Assembly (NCBI GenBank): GCA_963708135.1
Contig: OY970192.1
Location: 1,888,001 to 1,952,000, forward strand
DNA: 64,000 nt
Origin: an uncultured Gemmatimonadales bacterium
GTDB lineage: Bacteria > Gemmatimonadota > Gemmatimonadetes > Longimicrobiales > RSA9
Direction of reading: 5' to 3'
Shown here: positions 1-9,575 of the stretch, piece after piece
Layout of the letters: the number at the start of each line of letters is the position of its first letter
How positions within the stretch are numbered: the stretch's first letter is position 1
The notes under the pieces: generated by a model
What the model was told of the DNA's origin: nothing
Database searches by the model: none
What the model saw: the letters and a program-made list of their open reading frames with translations, nothing else
Program-made: the position numbers and the translations under genes

Positions 1-3000
1 CGGTCGCGGCGCGCCCGCAAGTCGCTCGCGGATCCGCTCCCGCCAGGCCGCCTTGCCGCCGTCCGGCTGCACCACCACCAGCAGGTCCAGATCGCTGTCC
101 GGCCGCGGGTGGCCCCGCCCCCACGAGCCGATCAGTCGCACCTCCTCCACGCCCTTCAGCGCGCCGATCCGCGCACCGAGCTCGCGGATCTCTTCGGGGA
201 CCTCCGGCTCGATGCCCGCCTTGCGCAGCCCGCGATAATACAGCCCCTCCAGCCACCGGCCGAGCTCCTGGCGGGTGCGCTCGGGGGTGCGCTCGGCGAC
301 CTGCCTGATCGGCACGCGCTCCATGTACTGGGCGCGCAGCTCGATGTACGCATCCGAGCCAGCCGGTCCCTCCAGCCGAGCGGCCGCGTTCCGCAGATAG
401 AAGAAGCAGAGACGGCTGTTCAGGAGCGCGAGCACCGATCCATCGTCCGTGGCGAGAACGAAGCACTTATCGTTGACGAAGCGGCCGCCCTTGTCGAGAC
501 CGAACCGTGGCTCCCTCGTGATGATCGGATAAACGATCTTCGGCCGTTCGTAGATGTTCCGAAACGCTTTCTGCGGCTGCTGCAGCTCATACCAGGCCTG
601 CTCCGTCGCGCGCCTCTCGAGCCGCTCCCGGAACGGCGCGAGGTGCGCTTCCACGGCCGGGTACCGGCGGATGTCCACCCCGTGCGGCAAGTACAGCAGC
701 CAGCGGTCGGCGCTGCGGATGTGGTAATGCCGGACGTCGTCGCCAATGACCAGCGGCTTGATCACCTCGGCCGAGCGCGCGTCCTCCGCGATCAGGCGTT
801 CACGGGTGGCTCGATCGATCCAGAACGCCTCATTCAGACCGGTCTTGATTCCCCAGCAGATCCCGCTTGGGAGCATCTTTCCGAGTGGCTCACCAAGCGC
901 CGGCAGTCGCGCCAGGATCTCGGCCGTACGCCTGTCAACGAGCTGCCATTCCTCACCCGCGAGAGTCCCAGGATTCAACTCGAACGCGGCCTTCTCGACG
1001 GCGATTCGCAAGTCATCGAACTCGCCCAGCTCGGCGAAGCGGGCGGGCACGGCCGCGCCGCCCTTGCGGACGAAGACGAGCGCGGGCCGGACGGTAGCCT
1101 CGGGGAACACGCCCGATCCGGCGAAGTCCACGATCTCCCTGACCCGTCCGATTCGACCGATCAGCCCGCGCAGCTTCTTGCCGTAATTCGCGCGCAGGAA
1201 CTTGTTCGAGACGATCGCCCCGTACTCGCCGCCGTCGCGGAGCAGCTCGAGCGAGCGCTCGATGAAGTAGACGTACAGGTCGCTGCGGGTGGCGTAGGTC
1301 TCGTATTCCTGGCGGAGGAAGTCCTTGATCCCCTTGAACTCCTCCATACGCACGTAGGGCGGATTGCCCATCACCGCGTCGAAACCGGGACGCTCGAGCC
1401 GGTGTCCGGTCTCCGCGTCGTGGAAAGCCTCCCCGAACTCGACCTCCCAGTGGAAGAAGACGTGCTTCGCGCGGAGGCGCGCGAGCGCTTCGGCGTCCAC
1501 GATGGCCGAGGCCTCCCCCCACTGCTGCCGGTCCGATTTGAGGGCGCCGAGCAGCGCCGCATACCTGTCCTCGTCGATCGACAGGCCGAAGAACGTGGCG
1601 CACCAGACATCGCCCACGAAACGCGCGCGATCGAGGAGCCGGTCGGCTTCGGCCAGCAGTTTCTTCTTGAGCGCGACGTCGCGCAGCGAGTCGGTGGCCG
1701 TCGCCTCGATCTGGCGCGTCATGCCGACGGCCTGGCGGAGCGCGAGCGCGAGGGCGTCCCCGAAGGCGTTGTACTGGCCCGCTGCCTCGAGCCGGGCCGC
1801 CTTGCCCCTTGCCGGCGGTCGGCTCATCCGTTCGATGCGCCCGCCGAGCAGGGAGTCGCCGACCTTCAGGTGATGGTCCAGGAAGTTCAGCGGCTTGTTC
1901 TTCTCGACTGTCGCGAGCCAAAGCGACAGCTTCGCCAGCTCGACGGCGCGCGGGTTCCTGTCGACGCCGAAGATGCAGCGCTCGACCACCAGCCTTCCGA
2001 CGTGCTCCGGATCGAGGTGGGCGAGCTCGCCAAGTGATCCCTGGTCGTCCGCATCGACAGCCGCGACCGCGGCGCGCACGAGGTACGCCGTCGCGGCGAC
2101 GAGGAAGTGCCCGGAGCCCATCGCCGGGTCCAGTACGCGCACCGAGAGGATCTCGCCCGCGCGCCGGCGCTCGACGAGCGGTGCCAGCGTACGCTCGACA
2201 ATGTACTGGACGACGTAGTCGGGCGTGTAGTAGGAGCCGGTGACCTTGCGCTCGCCCTTGTCGTTGGCGAGGTAGACGTCGCCTTCCGGGACGGCGGTGC
2301 GGATCACGCGGCCCTTCTCCCGGATCTCCGGGAGCGTCGCGTCGGCGACGCGGAGGACATACTCGAGCAGGCCCTCGTAGACCGAGCCGAGGTGGCGCAC
2401 GTCGAGCGGGCCGTAGTCCACATAGTGGAGCGATCGCGTGTCCGGATCGGAGGCCCGAGAAAGCAGGTCGATCGCTTCGGCGAGCTGCGGGTCGGGAACG
2501 TAATGGTTCTCGAGCCAGGGATGCCGGTCCGGGTCGAACAGACCTCCGTCGTAGACGGGCAGACCGTCGAGTCTCCAATCCGGGTGCCCGTCGATGATCT
2601 GGAAGAGGTCCGCCAGATCGTTCCAGAAGTCGCGGCCGTGAGGGAAGCAAGTCTGCTCTTCGTCGCGTACGCGCTTTGCGCGCTCGCGTAGCTGCAGGAG
2701 GCTCTTGCTCCGGTAGGTCGGGTTGGTGCGCACGGGCAGGAGGTCGCGCGCTTCCGCGAAAAGCACGAACAGGAGTCTGAACAGCAGCGTGAGCGAGTTG
2801 TCGAGGATCGTGCGGCCCAGCGTCTCATCCCGCCGCAGCAACGCCGCATCCACGCCTGCGGACGCCGCGAAGCCCGCGCACAGCGCCGTGACCGCGCGGT
2901 AGGCACGCGGCTTGAGCTCCGCTTCGACGGCGCGCGCATAGCTCAGCGAATCGGCGCGCGCATTGTCCACCCAGCGCAGGCCGTGTTGATCCGGGCGGAA

Positions 3001-3693
3001 CGACGGCGGAGCGAAGAACAGGTAGAAGTAACGGAACGCCTCCTCCGCCCGGATGGTTGCGCCCTCCTCCGTGAGCGCCAGCGGCTCGTCCCCGAGCAGC
3101 GCGGCCAGATCCAGTGAGAAGTACGCCGTATCGGCGAAGTCCACGTCGCGATTGTAGAGGCGCCACTCGCGGCCGTTCGTCAGGATACCCCACGGCTGTT
3201 CCGCGCGGAAGAGGTAGTTGACGATCTGTGTGGACGGCACGCGGTTCGGCTCGAGATCGCCGGGCCCGCCGCGGGCGTCCAGGGGGCGGTCCCACCGCTT
3301 CGCTTCGAGCACGGCCAGAGCTTGCTTGAGCACCGAGCGGCGTTCTCGCCCGGCGGCGGCGCGGCGTGCATCCTCATCGGTTGCGAACAGCGCATAATCG
3401 GGGAACTGTGTCGCGCCCAGGCGCTGCGAGCGCGGTTGCACCTCGTACCCCCATCCAAGCGCCTGAAGCACCGGACGAAGCAGGTGCTCCTCCGTCTGCG
3501 CCTCATTCGCCGCGGTAAGGGTGTCGCCCTCGCGACGGTACACCTCGCGGACGCGCTCTCGCAGCGCGCGCGCGGCGCCGGCGCACTCATCCCACTGGCG
3601 GTCTCTCCGCAGGCGCGTCTCGAGGAAGTGGTTCGAGAAGAGCTGCCGATTGCCGTAGGCTGGTGCGAACTGGAGCTCAGCGTGATTGGTCAT
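1..3693 (-). CDS. Type IIG/Eco57I-like fused restriction endonuclease-adenine methyltransferase with in-frame nucleotidyltransferase (MNT) domain; 3' end lies beyond the window
   Basis: Translated by hand from ATG 3693 (MTNHAELQFAPAYGNRQLFSNHFLETRL). It shows PDYALF...LEAKRW (PD-D/ExK), QIVNYL..WGILTNGREWRLY, RKVTGSYYTP (motif X), VLDPAMGSGHFL (motif I), FDAVMGNPPY (motif IV), LALLNS...QYMERVPI (TaqI_C-like), then IGSWGRGHPRPDSDLDLLVVV. The ORF track lists no minus-strand ORF in this frame, consistent with no stop down to base 1. Confidence 0.9.
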   Translation of the reverse strand, partial: MTNHAELQFAPAYGNRQLFSNHFLETRLRRDRQWDECAGAARALRERVREVYRREGDTLTAANEAQTEEHLLRPVLQALGWGYEVQPRSQRLGATQFPDYALFATDEDARRAAAGRERRSVLKQALAVLEAKRWDRPLDARGGPGDLEPNRVPSTQIVNYLFRAEQPWGILTNGREWRLYNRDVDFADTAYFSLDLAALLGDEPLALTEEGATIRAEEAFRYFYLFFAPPSFRPDQHGLRWVDNARADSLSYARAVEAELKPRAYRAVTALCAGFAASAGVDAALLRRDETLGRTILDNSLTLLFRLLFVLFAEARDLLPVRTNPTYRSKSLLQLRERAKRVRDEEQTCFPHGRDFWNDLADLFQIIDGHPDWRLDGLPVYDGGLFDPDRHPWLENHYVPDPQLAEAIDLLSRASDPDTRSLHYVDYGPLDVRHLGSVYEGLLEYVLRVADATLPEIREKGRVIRTAVPEGDVYLANDKGERKVTGSYYTPDYVVQYIVERTLAPLVERRRAGEILSVRVLDPAMGSGHFLVAATAYLVRAAVAAVDADDQGSLGELAHLDPEHVGRLVVERCIFGVDRNPRAVELAKLSLWLATVEKNKPLNFLDHHLKVGDSLLGGRIERMSRPPARGKAARLEAAGQYNAFGDALALALRQAVGMTRQIEATATDSLRDVALKKKLLAEADRLLDRARFVGDVWCATFFGLSIDEDRYAALLGALKSDRQQWGEASAIVDAEALARLRAKHVFFHWEVEFGEAFHDAETGHRLERPGFDAVMGNPPYVRMEEFKGIKDFLRQEYETYATRSDLYVYFIERSLELLRDGGEYGAIVSNKFLRANYGKKLRGLIGRIGRVREIVDFAGSGVFPEATVRPALVFVRKGGAAVPARFAELGEFDDLRIAVEKAAFELNPGTLAGEEWQLVDRRTAEILARLPALGEPLGKMLPSGICWGIKTGLNEAFWIDRATRERLIAEDARSAEVIKPLVIGDDVRHYHIRSADRWLLYLPHGVDIRRYPAVEAHLAPFRERLERRATEQAWYELQQPQKAFRNIYERPKIVYPIITREPRFGLDKGGRFVNDKCFVLATDDGSVLALLNSRLCFFYLRNAAARLEGPAGSDAYIELRAQYMERVPIRQVAERTPERTRQELGRWLEGLYYRGLRKAGIEPEVPEEIRELGARIGALKGVEEVRLIGSWGRGHPRPDSDLDLLVVVQPDGGKAAWRERIRERLAGAPRP

Positions 3694-3696
3694 CGG

Positions 3697-5244
3697 CTAC
3701 AACGGCATGTTCCCATGCTTCTTCCACGGGTTCTCGTCCCGCTTGCTCTGCAGCATGTCGAGCGCGTTGATCAGGCGGGGCCGGGTCTGGCGCGGGTCGA
3801 TGACATCATCGACGTAGCCGCGGCCGGCCGCGATGTAGGGGTTGGCGAAGCGCTCGCGGTACTCCCGCTCCCTCTCCCGGGTGGCGGCCTCGCGATCCTC
3901 CGCTTCCGCGATCTCCTTGTGGTACAGGATCTCGACCGCGCCCTTCGGCCCCATGACGGCGATCTCGGCGGTGGGCCAGGCCAGGTTGACGTCGCCACGG
4001 ATGTGCTTGGAGTTCATCACGTCGTACGCGCCGCCGTACGCCTTGCGCGTGATCACCGTGATGCGCGGCACCGTGGCCTCGCAGAAGGCGAAGAGAAGCT
4101 TGGCACCGTGCTTGATGATGCCGCCGTGCTCCTGCGCGACGCCCGGCAGGAATCCCGGCACGTCCTCGAAGACGACGAGCGGTATGTTGAAGGCGTCGCA
4201 GAAGCGGACGAAGCGGGCTCCCTTCAGCGAGCTGTTGATGTCCAGCACGCCCGCCAGCACGGCCGGCTGGTTCGCCACGATGCCCACCGCGTGCCCGCCC
4301 AGGTGGGCGAATCCCACGAGGATGTTGCCGGCGTACGCGGCGTGGACCTCGTAGAACTCGCCATCGTCCACCACCCGCCCGATCACGTCGTGCATGTCGT
4401 AGGGCCGGCTCGGCTCGTCCGGCACCACGTCGAGGAGCGCCTCGTCCGCGCGGTCGAAGGGGTCCGCTGTCTCGCGCCGGGGCGGGTCTTCCCGGTTGTT
4501 CTGCGGGATGAAGCGGAAGAGGCCCCGGATCGACTCCAGGCACTCGAGCTCGCTGTCGAACGCGAAGTGGGCGACACCGGACGTGCCCGCGTGAACGTCC
4601 GCGCCGCCGAGCCCCTCCATGTCGATGTCCTCGTGCGTGACCGTCTTCACCACGTTCGGGCCGGTCACGAACATGTAGCTGGTGCCGCGCACCATGTAGA
4701 TGAAGTCCGTGATGGCCGGGGAGTAGACCGCGCCGCCCGCGCACGGCCCGAGCACGGCGCTGATCTGCGGCACCACGCCCGAGGCGAGGGTGTTGCGGAG
4801 GAAGATGTCGGCGTAGCCGCCGAGCGAGACCACGCCCTCCTGGATGCGCGCGCCGCCCGAGTCGTTCAGGCCAATGAGCGGCGCTCCGATCTTCAGCGCC
4901 ATGTCCATGAGCTTCACGATCTTGGCCGCGTGCGCCTCCGAGAGCGAACCGCCGTACACCGTGAAATCCTGGCTGAACACGTAGACGAGTCGGGCGTGAA
5001 TGGTGCCGTAGCCGGCGACGACACCGTCGCCGAGGAACCGCTCGTCCTCCTCGCCCGCCGCGCCGCGGCCGACCGCGAAGCGGTCCAACTCCACGAAGCT
5101 GCCCTCGTCGAGCAGCAGGTCGAGCCGCTCGCGGGCGGACAGCTTGCCCCGCCGATGCTGCGCCGCGAGCCGCCTCTCGCCGCCGCCCCGCTCCGCGCGC
5201 TGGCGCAGCTCGTCCAGCTGCCGGAGCCGCTCCCGCATGTCCAT
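3697..5244 (-). CDS. pccB: Acyl-CoA (propionyl/methylmalonyl-CoA) carboxylase, carboxyltransferase beta subunit
   Basis: [48 protein letters not shown] and C-terminal KKHGNMPL motifs. Confidence 0.92.
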   Translation of the reverse strand: MDMRERLRQLDELRQRAERGGGERRLAAQHRRGKLSARERLDLLLDEGSFVELDRFAVGRGAAGEEDERFLGDGVVAGYGTIHARLVYVFSQDFTVYGGSLSEAHAAKIVKLMDMALKIGAPLIGLNDSGGARIQEGVVSLGGYADIFLRNTLASGVVPQISAVLGPCAGGAVYSPAITDFIYMVRGTSYMFVTGPNVVKTVTHEDIDMEGLGGADVHAGTSGVAHFAFDSELECLESIRGLFRFIPQNNREDPPRRETADPFDRADEALLDVVPDEPSRPYDMHDVIGRVVDDGEFYEVHAAYAGNILVGFAHLGGHAVGIVANQPAVLAGVLDINSSLKGARFVRFCDAFNIPLVVFEDVPGFLPGVAQEHGGIIKHGAKLLFAFCEATVPRITVITRKAYGGAYDVMNSKHIRGDVNLAWPTAEIAVMGPKGAVEILYHKEIAEAEDREAATREREREYRERFANPYIAAGRGYVDDVIDPRQTRPRLINALDMLQSKRDENPWKKHGNMPL

Positions 5245-5245
5245 G

Positions 5246-6439
5246 TCAGCGCCCCTTCCCCGCATCCCCCGATGTGGTGTCCGCCTGCTCCAGCGTCACG
5301 AGCTTGCCGCCCTCGATGCGGACGATGAACGGCCGGCGCACCACGGCGCCGTCCCGCAGCGAGAGAATGCCCGTCGCCCCTTCGAGGTCCCGCTCCCGGC
5401 CGAGGCGCCGCGCCACTTCGCGCGCGCCGCCGCCACCCTCGAGCGCCTGGAGCACCATGCGTGTGGCGTCGAAGCCGAGCGCCGGGAACGGGTTGTCCAG
5501 CGACTTCCGGTACGCCGCTTCATACAACGAGACGAACCGGCTCCACGCCACGCGCGGACTCGAGCGCTGGAGCGGCGTGGCGGCGATCACGCCGTCGGTG
5601 TTCTCGGCCGGGAGCACGCGCAGCAGCTCGTCGCTCGTCCACGCCTCGCCGCCGAGGATCTGCAGCCCCTTGCCGGTGACGCCGTAATAGGCGAGCTGCG
5701 GCGCGATCTGGCGCACGTCGCGCTCCGGCGCGGGGATGAACAGCGCCTGCGCGCCCGACGCGAGCGCGCGCCGCAGCGGACGGGCGAAGGTCGTGGTGCC
5801 GGAGTCGTAGGGCAGGTCCACGACCACCCGGCCTCCGGCGCGCGCCAGCGCCAGCTCGAAGACCCGGGCCGTCCGCTGGAAGTCGGCGGAGCGCGGATAC
5901 AGCATGGCCACCCGCGGCCACCCGTGGCGCGCGGCATAGGCGGCGAGCGCCGCCGCGCCCCGCGTGTCCCCCGCGTTCAGCGAGTAGACGTTGGGCAGCC
6001 CATCGGGAACCGTCGAGGCGGTGGGGCTCACCAGCGCCAGCATGGAATCCGTCCGGGCGCGTCCCGCGGCCGTCAGGCCCGGGCTGAGCAGCGGGCCGAG
6101 CACGGCCACCGCGCCCCGCCGCTCCAACTCCTTCACCAACGCCGCGTCGCGCTCCGCATCGCCGGCATCGTCCAGCAGCACCAGATCTGGCACGAGGCCC
6201 CGCGGCGCCTCGTGCGAGAGCGCCAGACGGATCCCCTCCAGCACCAGGTCACCGTACTGCGTCAGGTACGGCGAGCCCGTGCGCGGCAGGATCGCGCCGA
6301 GCACCGGCCTCGCCGCCGCCTCCGGCGGCCGGCGCGCCGGCGGCTTTGCCGACGGAGTCCCCGACGGGCCGCTCCGCGCGCACGCGGCGACGAGCCCGAG
6401 GAGCCCTCCCAGCAGGAGGGCACGCGTCCGGATTTGCAC
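5246..6439 (-). CDS. LpoA-like / type 1 periplasmic binding-protein lipoprotein
   Basis: Lipobox LVAAC after a hydrophobic stretch; [22 protein letters not shown] and LEGATGILS of the periplasmic binding protein type 1 fold. Start uncertain (GTG 6439 or ATG 6484). Confidence 0.7.
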   Translation of the reverse strand: MQIRTRALLLGGLLGLVAACARSGPSGTPSAKPPARRPPEAAARPVLGAILPRTGSPYLTQYGDLVLEGIRLALSHEAPRGLVPDLVLLDDAGDAERDAALVKELERRGAVAVLGPLLSPGLTAAGRARTDSMLALVSPTASTVPDGLPNVYSLNAGDTRGAAALAAYAARHGWPRVAMLYPRSADFQRTARVFELALARAGGRVVVDLPYDSGTTTFARPLRRALASGAQALFIPAPERDVRQIAPQLAYYGVTGKGLQILGGEAWTSDELLRVLPAENTDGVIAATPLQRSSPRVAWSRFVSLYEAAYRKSLDNPFPALGFDATRMVLQALEGGGGAREVARRLGRERDLEGATGILSLRDGAVVRRPFIVRIEGGKLVTLEQADTTSGDAGKGR

Positions 6440-6501
6440 TCTTCTCGATCCTTTGCTGCGGGACGTCCGGGGTCGCGACAACATATGGGCGCCCCCTGTA
6501 C

Positions 6502-6536
6502 AAATAAAGGATGGGGCCCCTCGCGGAGCCCCATCC
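6502..6536 (-). terminator. Intrinsic terminator downstream of rpsA
   Basis: GGATGGGGC...GCCCCATCC hairpin followed by TTTATTT on the minus strand, about 30 nt after the rpsA stop. Confidence 0.8.
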
Positions 6537-6563
6537 CGTCCAGCGACCGGAGGCCGTGCCGGC

Positions 6564-8705
6564 CTACTTCTCGGCCTCCTCCGACGCGCCCTCCTCGGCG
6601 CCGCCCTCGGGCGCGGCCGCCTCGGCCTGCTCGGCGACTTGCTCGGGCTGCTCCGGCGCCTCACCGTCGGCCGTCGCTGCCTCGGGCCCCGCCGTTTCGG
6701 CGACGGCCTCTGGCGTCTCCGTCTCCGCCGCCTCGGCAGGAGCCCCTGGCTCCGTCTCCGCGACGGCCGTCGCTGCCTCGGGCTCCGCCGTTTCGGCGAC
6801 GGCCTCCGGCGCCTCGGCAACAGCCGCCGGTGCCTCCGCCTGCGCCGCCTCCGCGGTGACCTCGGCAGCGCTCTCCGGCACGGCCTCGGGGGCGCTCGAC
6901 TCCACCGTCTCGGCCCCGGCCTCCGCCTGATCCTCGGTGGGCCGAACCTCCGCGTCCGTCTCGAGCTCGGCGCCGTCGGGCGGACTGGCGCCCTCCCACT
7001 CCGGGATTGCCGTCACGGCCAGCACGATGCGCCGGTTGGCGGCATCGCACTCGAGCACGCGCAGGTCGAGCGGCTGGCCCTCGCCGAACCTGTCCGCGGG
7101 GTCGCGCAGGTTCTCCACCCCGAGCTGGCTCTTGGGCACGAAGCCCTCGAGGTCGTTGCCCAGGTCCACCACCACCCCGTCATCGAGCAGGCGCACAATG
7201 GTGCCGCGCGCCTCCACGCCCGGCGCGTACTGCTCGGCGATGCGGTACCAGGGGTCCTCCTCGGTCTGCTTGAGCCCGAGCGAGATGCGCTTGTTCTCGG
7301 GGTCGACCCCCAGGACCACGACCTCGACGTCGTCGCCCTTGCGCAGCACCTCGGAGGGGTGCTGGATCCGCTTCGTCCAGCTCATGTCCGAGATGTGGAT
7401 CAGTCCGTCGATGCCGGGCTCGATCTCAACGAACGCGCCGAAGGAGGTCAGGTTGCGGACCTTCCCCTGCACCCGCGTGCCGACCGGGTACTTGACCGGC
7501 AGCGCGAGCCACGGATCTTCCTCGATCTGCTTCATCCCGAGCGAGATCTTCTCCTCATCCCGGTCCACCTTCAGCACAACGGCCTCGATCTCGTCGCCGA
7601 TGGTGACCAGCTTCGAGGGGTGCTTCACGTTGCGCGTCCAGCTCATCTCGCTAATGTGGACGAGCCCCTCGACGCCCTTCTCCAGCTCGACGAACGCGCC
7701 GTAGTTGGTGATCGAGACCACCCGCCCGCGAACGCGCGCGCCGACCGGGTACTTGCGCTCGATGTCCTTCCAGGGATACGGCAGCAGCTGCTTCAGCCCC
7801 AGCGAGATCCGCTCCCGGTCCCAGTCGATGTCGAGCACCTTCACGTCCATGTCGTCGCCGATGCTGACGATCTCCGACGGATGCCCGACCCGCCCCCAGC
7901 TCATGTCGGTGATGTGCAGCAGCCCGTCCAGGCCGCCCAGGTCGATGAAGGCGCCGAAGTCCGTGACGTTCTTGACCACGCCCTTCCGCACCTGCCCGAC
8001 CAGCAGCTCCTTCACGAGCTGCTCCCTCTTGGTCTCGCGCTCCTGCTCCAGGATCACTCGCCGGCTCACAACGATATTGCGGCGCCGCTTGTTCAGCTTG
8101 ATGATCTTGAAGTCGAACGTCTGCCCGATCAGGTCCTCGATGTTCGGGACCCGGCGAAGCGCGATCTGCGAGCCCGGCAGGAACGCGTCCACGCCCATCA
8201 GGTCCACCGTGACCCCGCCCTTGATCTTCCGCATGAGGGTGCCCGGCACCTGCTCGTCGTCCTCGTGCGCCTGCTTGATCTTCTCCCACACGCGCAGGAA
8301 GTCCGCCTTCTTCTTGGACAGGACGACCACGCCCTCCTGGTCCTCCAGGTTCTCCAGGAAGACCTCCACCTCGTCGCCAGGCTGCAGCGCATCCGGATTC
8401 TTGAACTCGTCGCGGGAGATGGAGCCTTCGCTCTTGAAGCCGACATCCAGGATCACCGCGTTCTCCGTCACGCGCAGCACGTGCGCCTTGACGATCTCGC
8501 CTTCCTCGATGTTGGTGAGCGTCTCCTCGTACATCTCCAGCATCGCCTCGAACTCCTCGGGCGAGTACTCGTCCTCCTCGAAGACGTCCATCTGCGCCAT
8601 CTCGCGACGCGTGGGACGCTCCTCCGTGGCCACGCCGCCGTCCGCCGGCGCCGTCGGCTGCTCGTCGACCTGAATCTCGTCGGGCTGAATTGGCTGATCC
8701 GCCAT
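6564..8705 (-). CDS. rpsA: 30S ribosomal protein S1 with long acidic C-terminal tail
   Basis: Repeated S1 domains (FGAFIDLGGLDGLLHITDMSW, YGAFVELEKGVEGLVHISEMSW, FGAFVEIEPGIDGLIHISDMSW); cmk-rpsA synteny. Confidence 0.96.
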   Translation of the reverse strand: MADQPIQPDEIQVDEQPTAPADGGVATEERPTRREMAQMDVFEEDEYSPEEFEAMLEMYEETLTNIEEGEIVKAHVLRVTENAVILDVGFKSEGSISRDEFKNPDALQPGDEVEVFLENLEDQEGVVVLSKKKADFLRVWEKIKQAHEDDEQVPGTLMRKIKGGVTVDLMGVDAFLPGSQIALRRVPNIEDLIGQTFDFKIIKLNKRRRNIVVSRRVILEQERETKREQLVKELLVGQVRKGVVKNVTDFGAFIDLGGLDGLLHITDMSWGRVGHPSEIVSIGDDMDVKVLDIDWDRERISLGLKQLLPYPWKDIERKYPVGARVRGRVVSITNYGAFVELEKGVEGLVHISEMSWTRNVKHPSKLVTIGDEIEAVVLKVDRDEEKISLGMKQIEEDPWLALPVKYPVGTRVQGKVRNLTSFGAFVEIEPGIDGLIHISDMSWTKRIQHPSEVLRKGDDVEVVVLGVDPENKRISLGLKQTEEDPWYRIAEQYAPGVEARGTIVRLLDDGVVVDLGNDLEGFVPKSQLGVENLRDPADRFGEGQPLDLRVLECDAANRRIVLAVTAIPEWEGASPPDGAELETDAEVRPTEDQAEAGAETVESSAPEAVPESAAEVTAEAAQAEAPAAVAEAPEAVAETAEPEAATAVAETEPGAPAEAAETETPEAVAETAGPEAATADGEAPEQPEQVAEQAEAAAPEGGAEEGASEEAEK
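6668..6806. repeat. 43-bp direct repeat (6668-6710 and 6764-6806) in the rpsA tail
   Basis: cggccgtcgctgcctcgggc[c/t]ccgccgtttcggcgacggcctc occurs twice, 96 bp apart, with one mismatch. Confidence 0.85.
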
Positions 8706-8833
8706 GGGCTGGTGTGCCTCCACTCGCGCGTTCGGGCCCGGGGGGTCCCGCCGCGGAAAAGGGAAAGTGAACGAAAGGGGCGCCGCGCGCCCCCTGTCGG
8801 TGGAGCCCTGCACCCGGGCAGAGCCAGACCAAA

Positions 8834-8862
8834 AAGTTACTCGGGGCGTGCGGGAGCGTCAA
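8834..8862 (-). promoter_or_regulatory. sigma70-type promoter for rpsA
   Basis: TTGACG-N17-TAACTT on the minus strand, overlapping the cmk stop. Confidence 0.6.
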
Positions 8863-9575
8863 GCCCCGGCCGGCCCGCCGGAGGGGCCCGCGGCGCCGGG
8901 CGCGGCGCCCGCCCCGCGCGCGTGTGCCAGCTCGACGACGCGCTCGACCTGCGCCTCGAAATCGAGGCCCGTGGTGTCGAGGCTCACCGCGTCGGAGGCG
9001 CGCCGCAGGGGTGCGAGGGCCCGCTCCGAGTCGATCCGGTCCCGGGCGAGGAGCCGCGCGGCCTCCGCATCGACGTCGGCGGACGTGGGCTCCGGCGTTC
9101 CTTGCTCCGCCAGGCGGCGTCGGGCGCGGACCGCGGGGTCGGCGACGAGGAAGACCTTGAGCTCGGCATCGGGAAAGACCACCGTCCCCATGTCGCGACC
9201 GTCCGTGACCAGGTCGGTGCCGCGGGCGGCCTCCCTGAGCCGTCCGAGCAGCCACCCGCGCACGGCGGGCACACGGGCCATGTGGGAGACGTGCGCGTTG
9301 ACCTCCGGCGCGCGGATGCGGGCGGTGACGTCGTCGCCGGCGGCGAAAAAACGGTAGCCCTCGCCGGCGGGCTCGGCACGCACCCCCAGCGCATCGAGCT
9401 CCGCCTCCGTGAGCGCGGGCCAGCGCTCCGGCGGCACCCCGACGCGCAGCGCCGCGTGTGTGAGGGCACGGTAGAACGCCCCGGAATCGAGGTGACGGAA
9501 GCCGAGTCGGCGGGCCACGGCACGCGCCGTGGAGCTCTTTCCAGAGCCGGCCGGGCCATCCAGCGTGATGATCAC
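8859..9575 (-). CDS. cmk: Cytidylate kinase
   Basis: IITLDGPAGSGKSS P-loop, LDSGAFYRA, DGRDMGTVVFPDA. Confidence 0.96.
   Translation of the reverse strand: MIITLDGPAGSGKSSTARAVARRLGFRHLDSGAFYRALTHAALRVGVPPERWPALTEAELDALGVRAEPAGEGYRFFAAGDDVTARIRAPEVNAHVSHMARVPAVRGWLLGRLREAARGTDLVTDGRDMGTVVFPDAELKVFLVADPAVRARRRLAEQGTPEPTSADVDAEAARLLARDRIDSERALAPLRRASDAVSLDTTGLDFEAQVERVVELAHARGAGAAPGAAGPSGGPAGA

Noticed and set aside
109..2037. 642-aa plus-strand ORF (also 2107-2691 + and 1013-2650 -)
   Set aside because: These are shadow frames of the R-M gene. They carry no motifs, whereas the minus frame from 3693 carries all the catalytic motifs.
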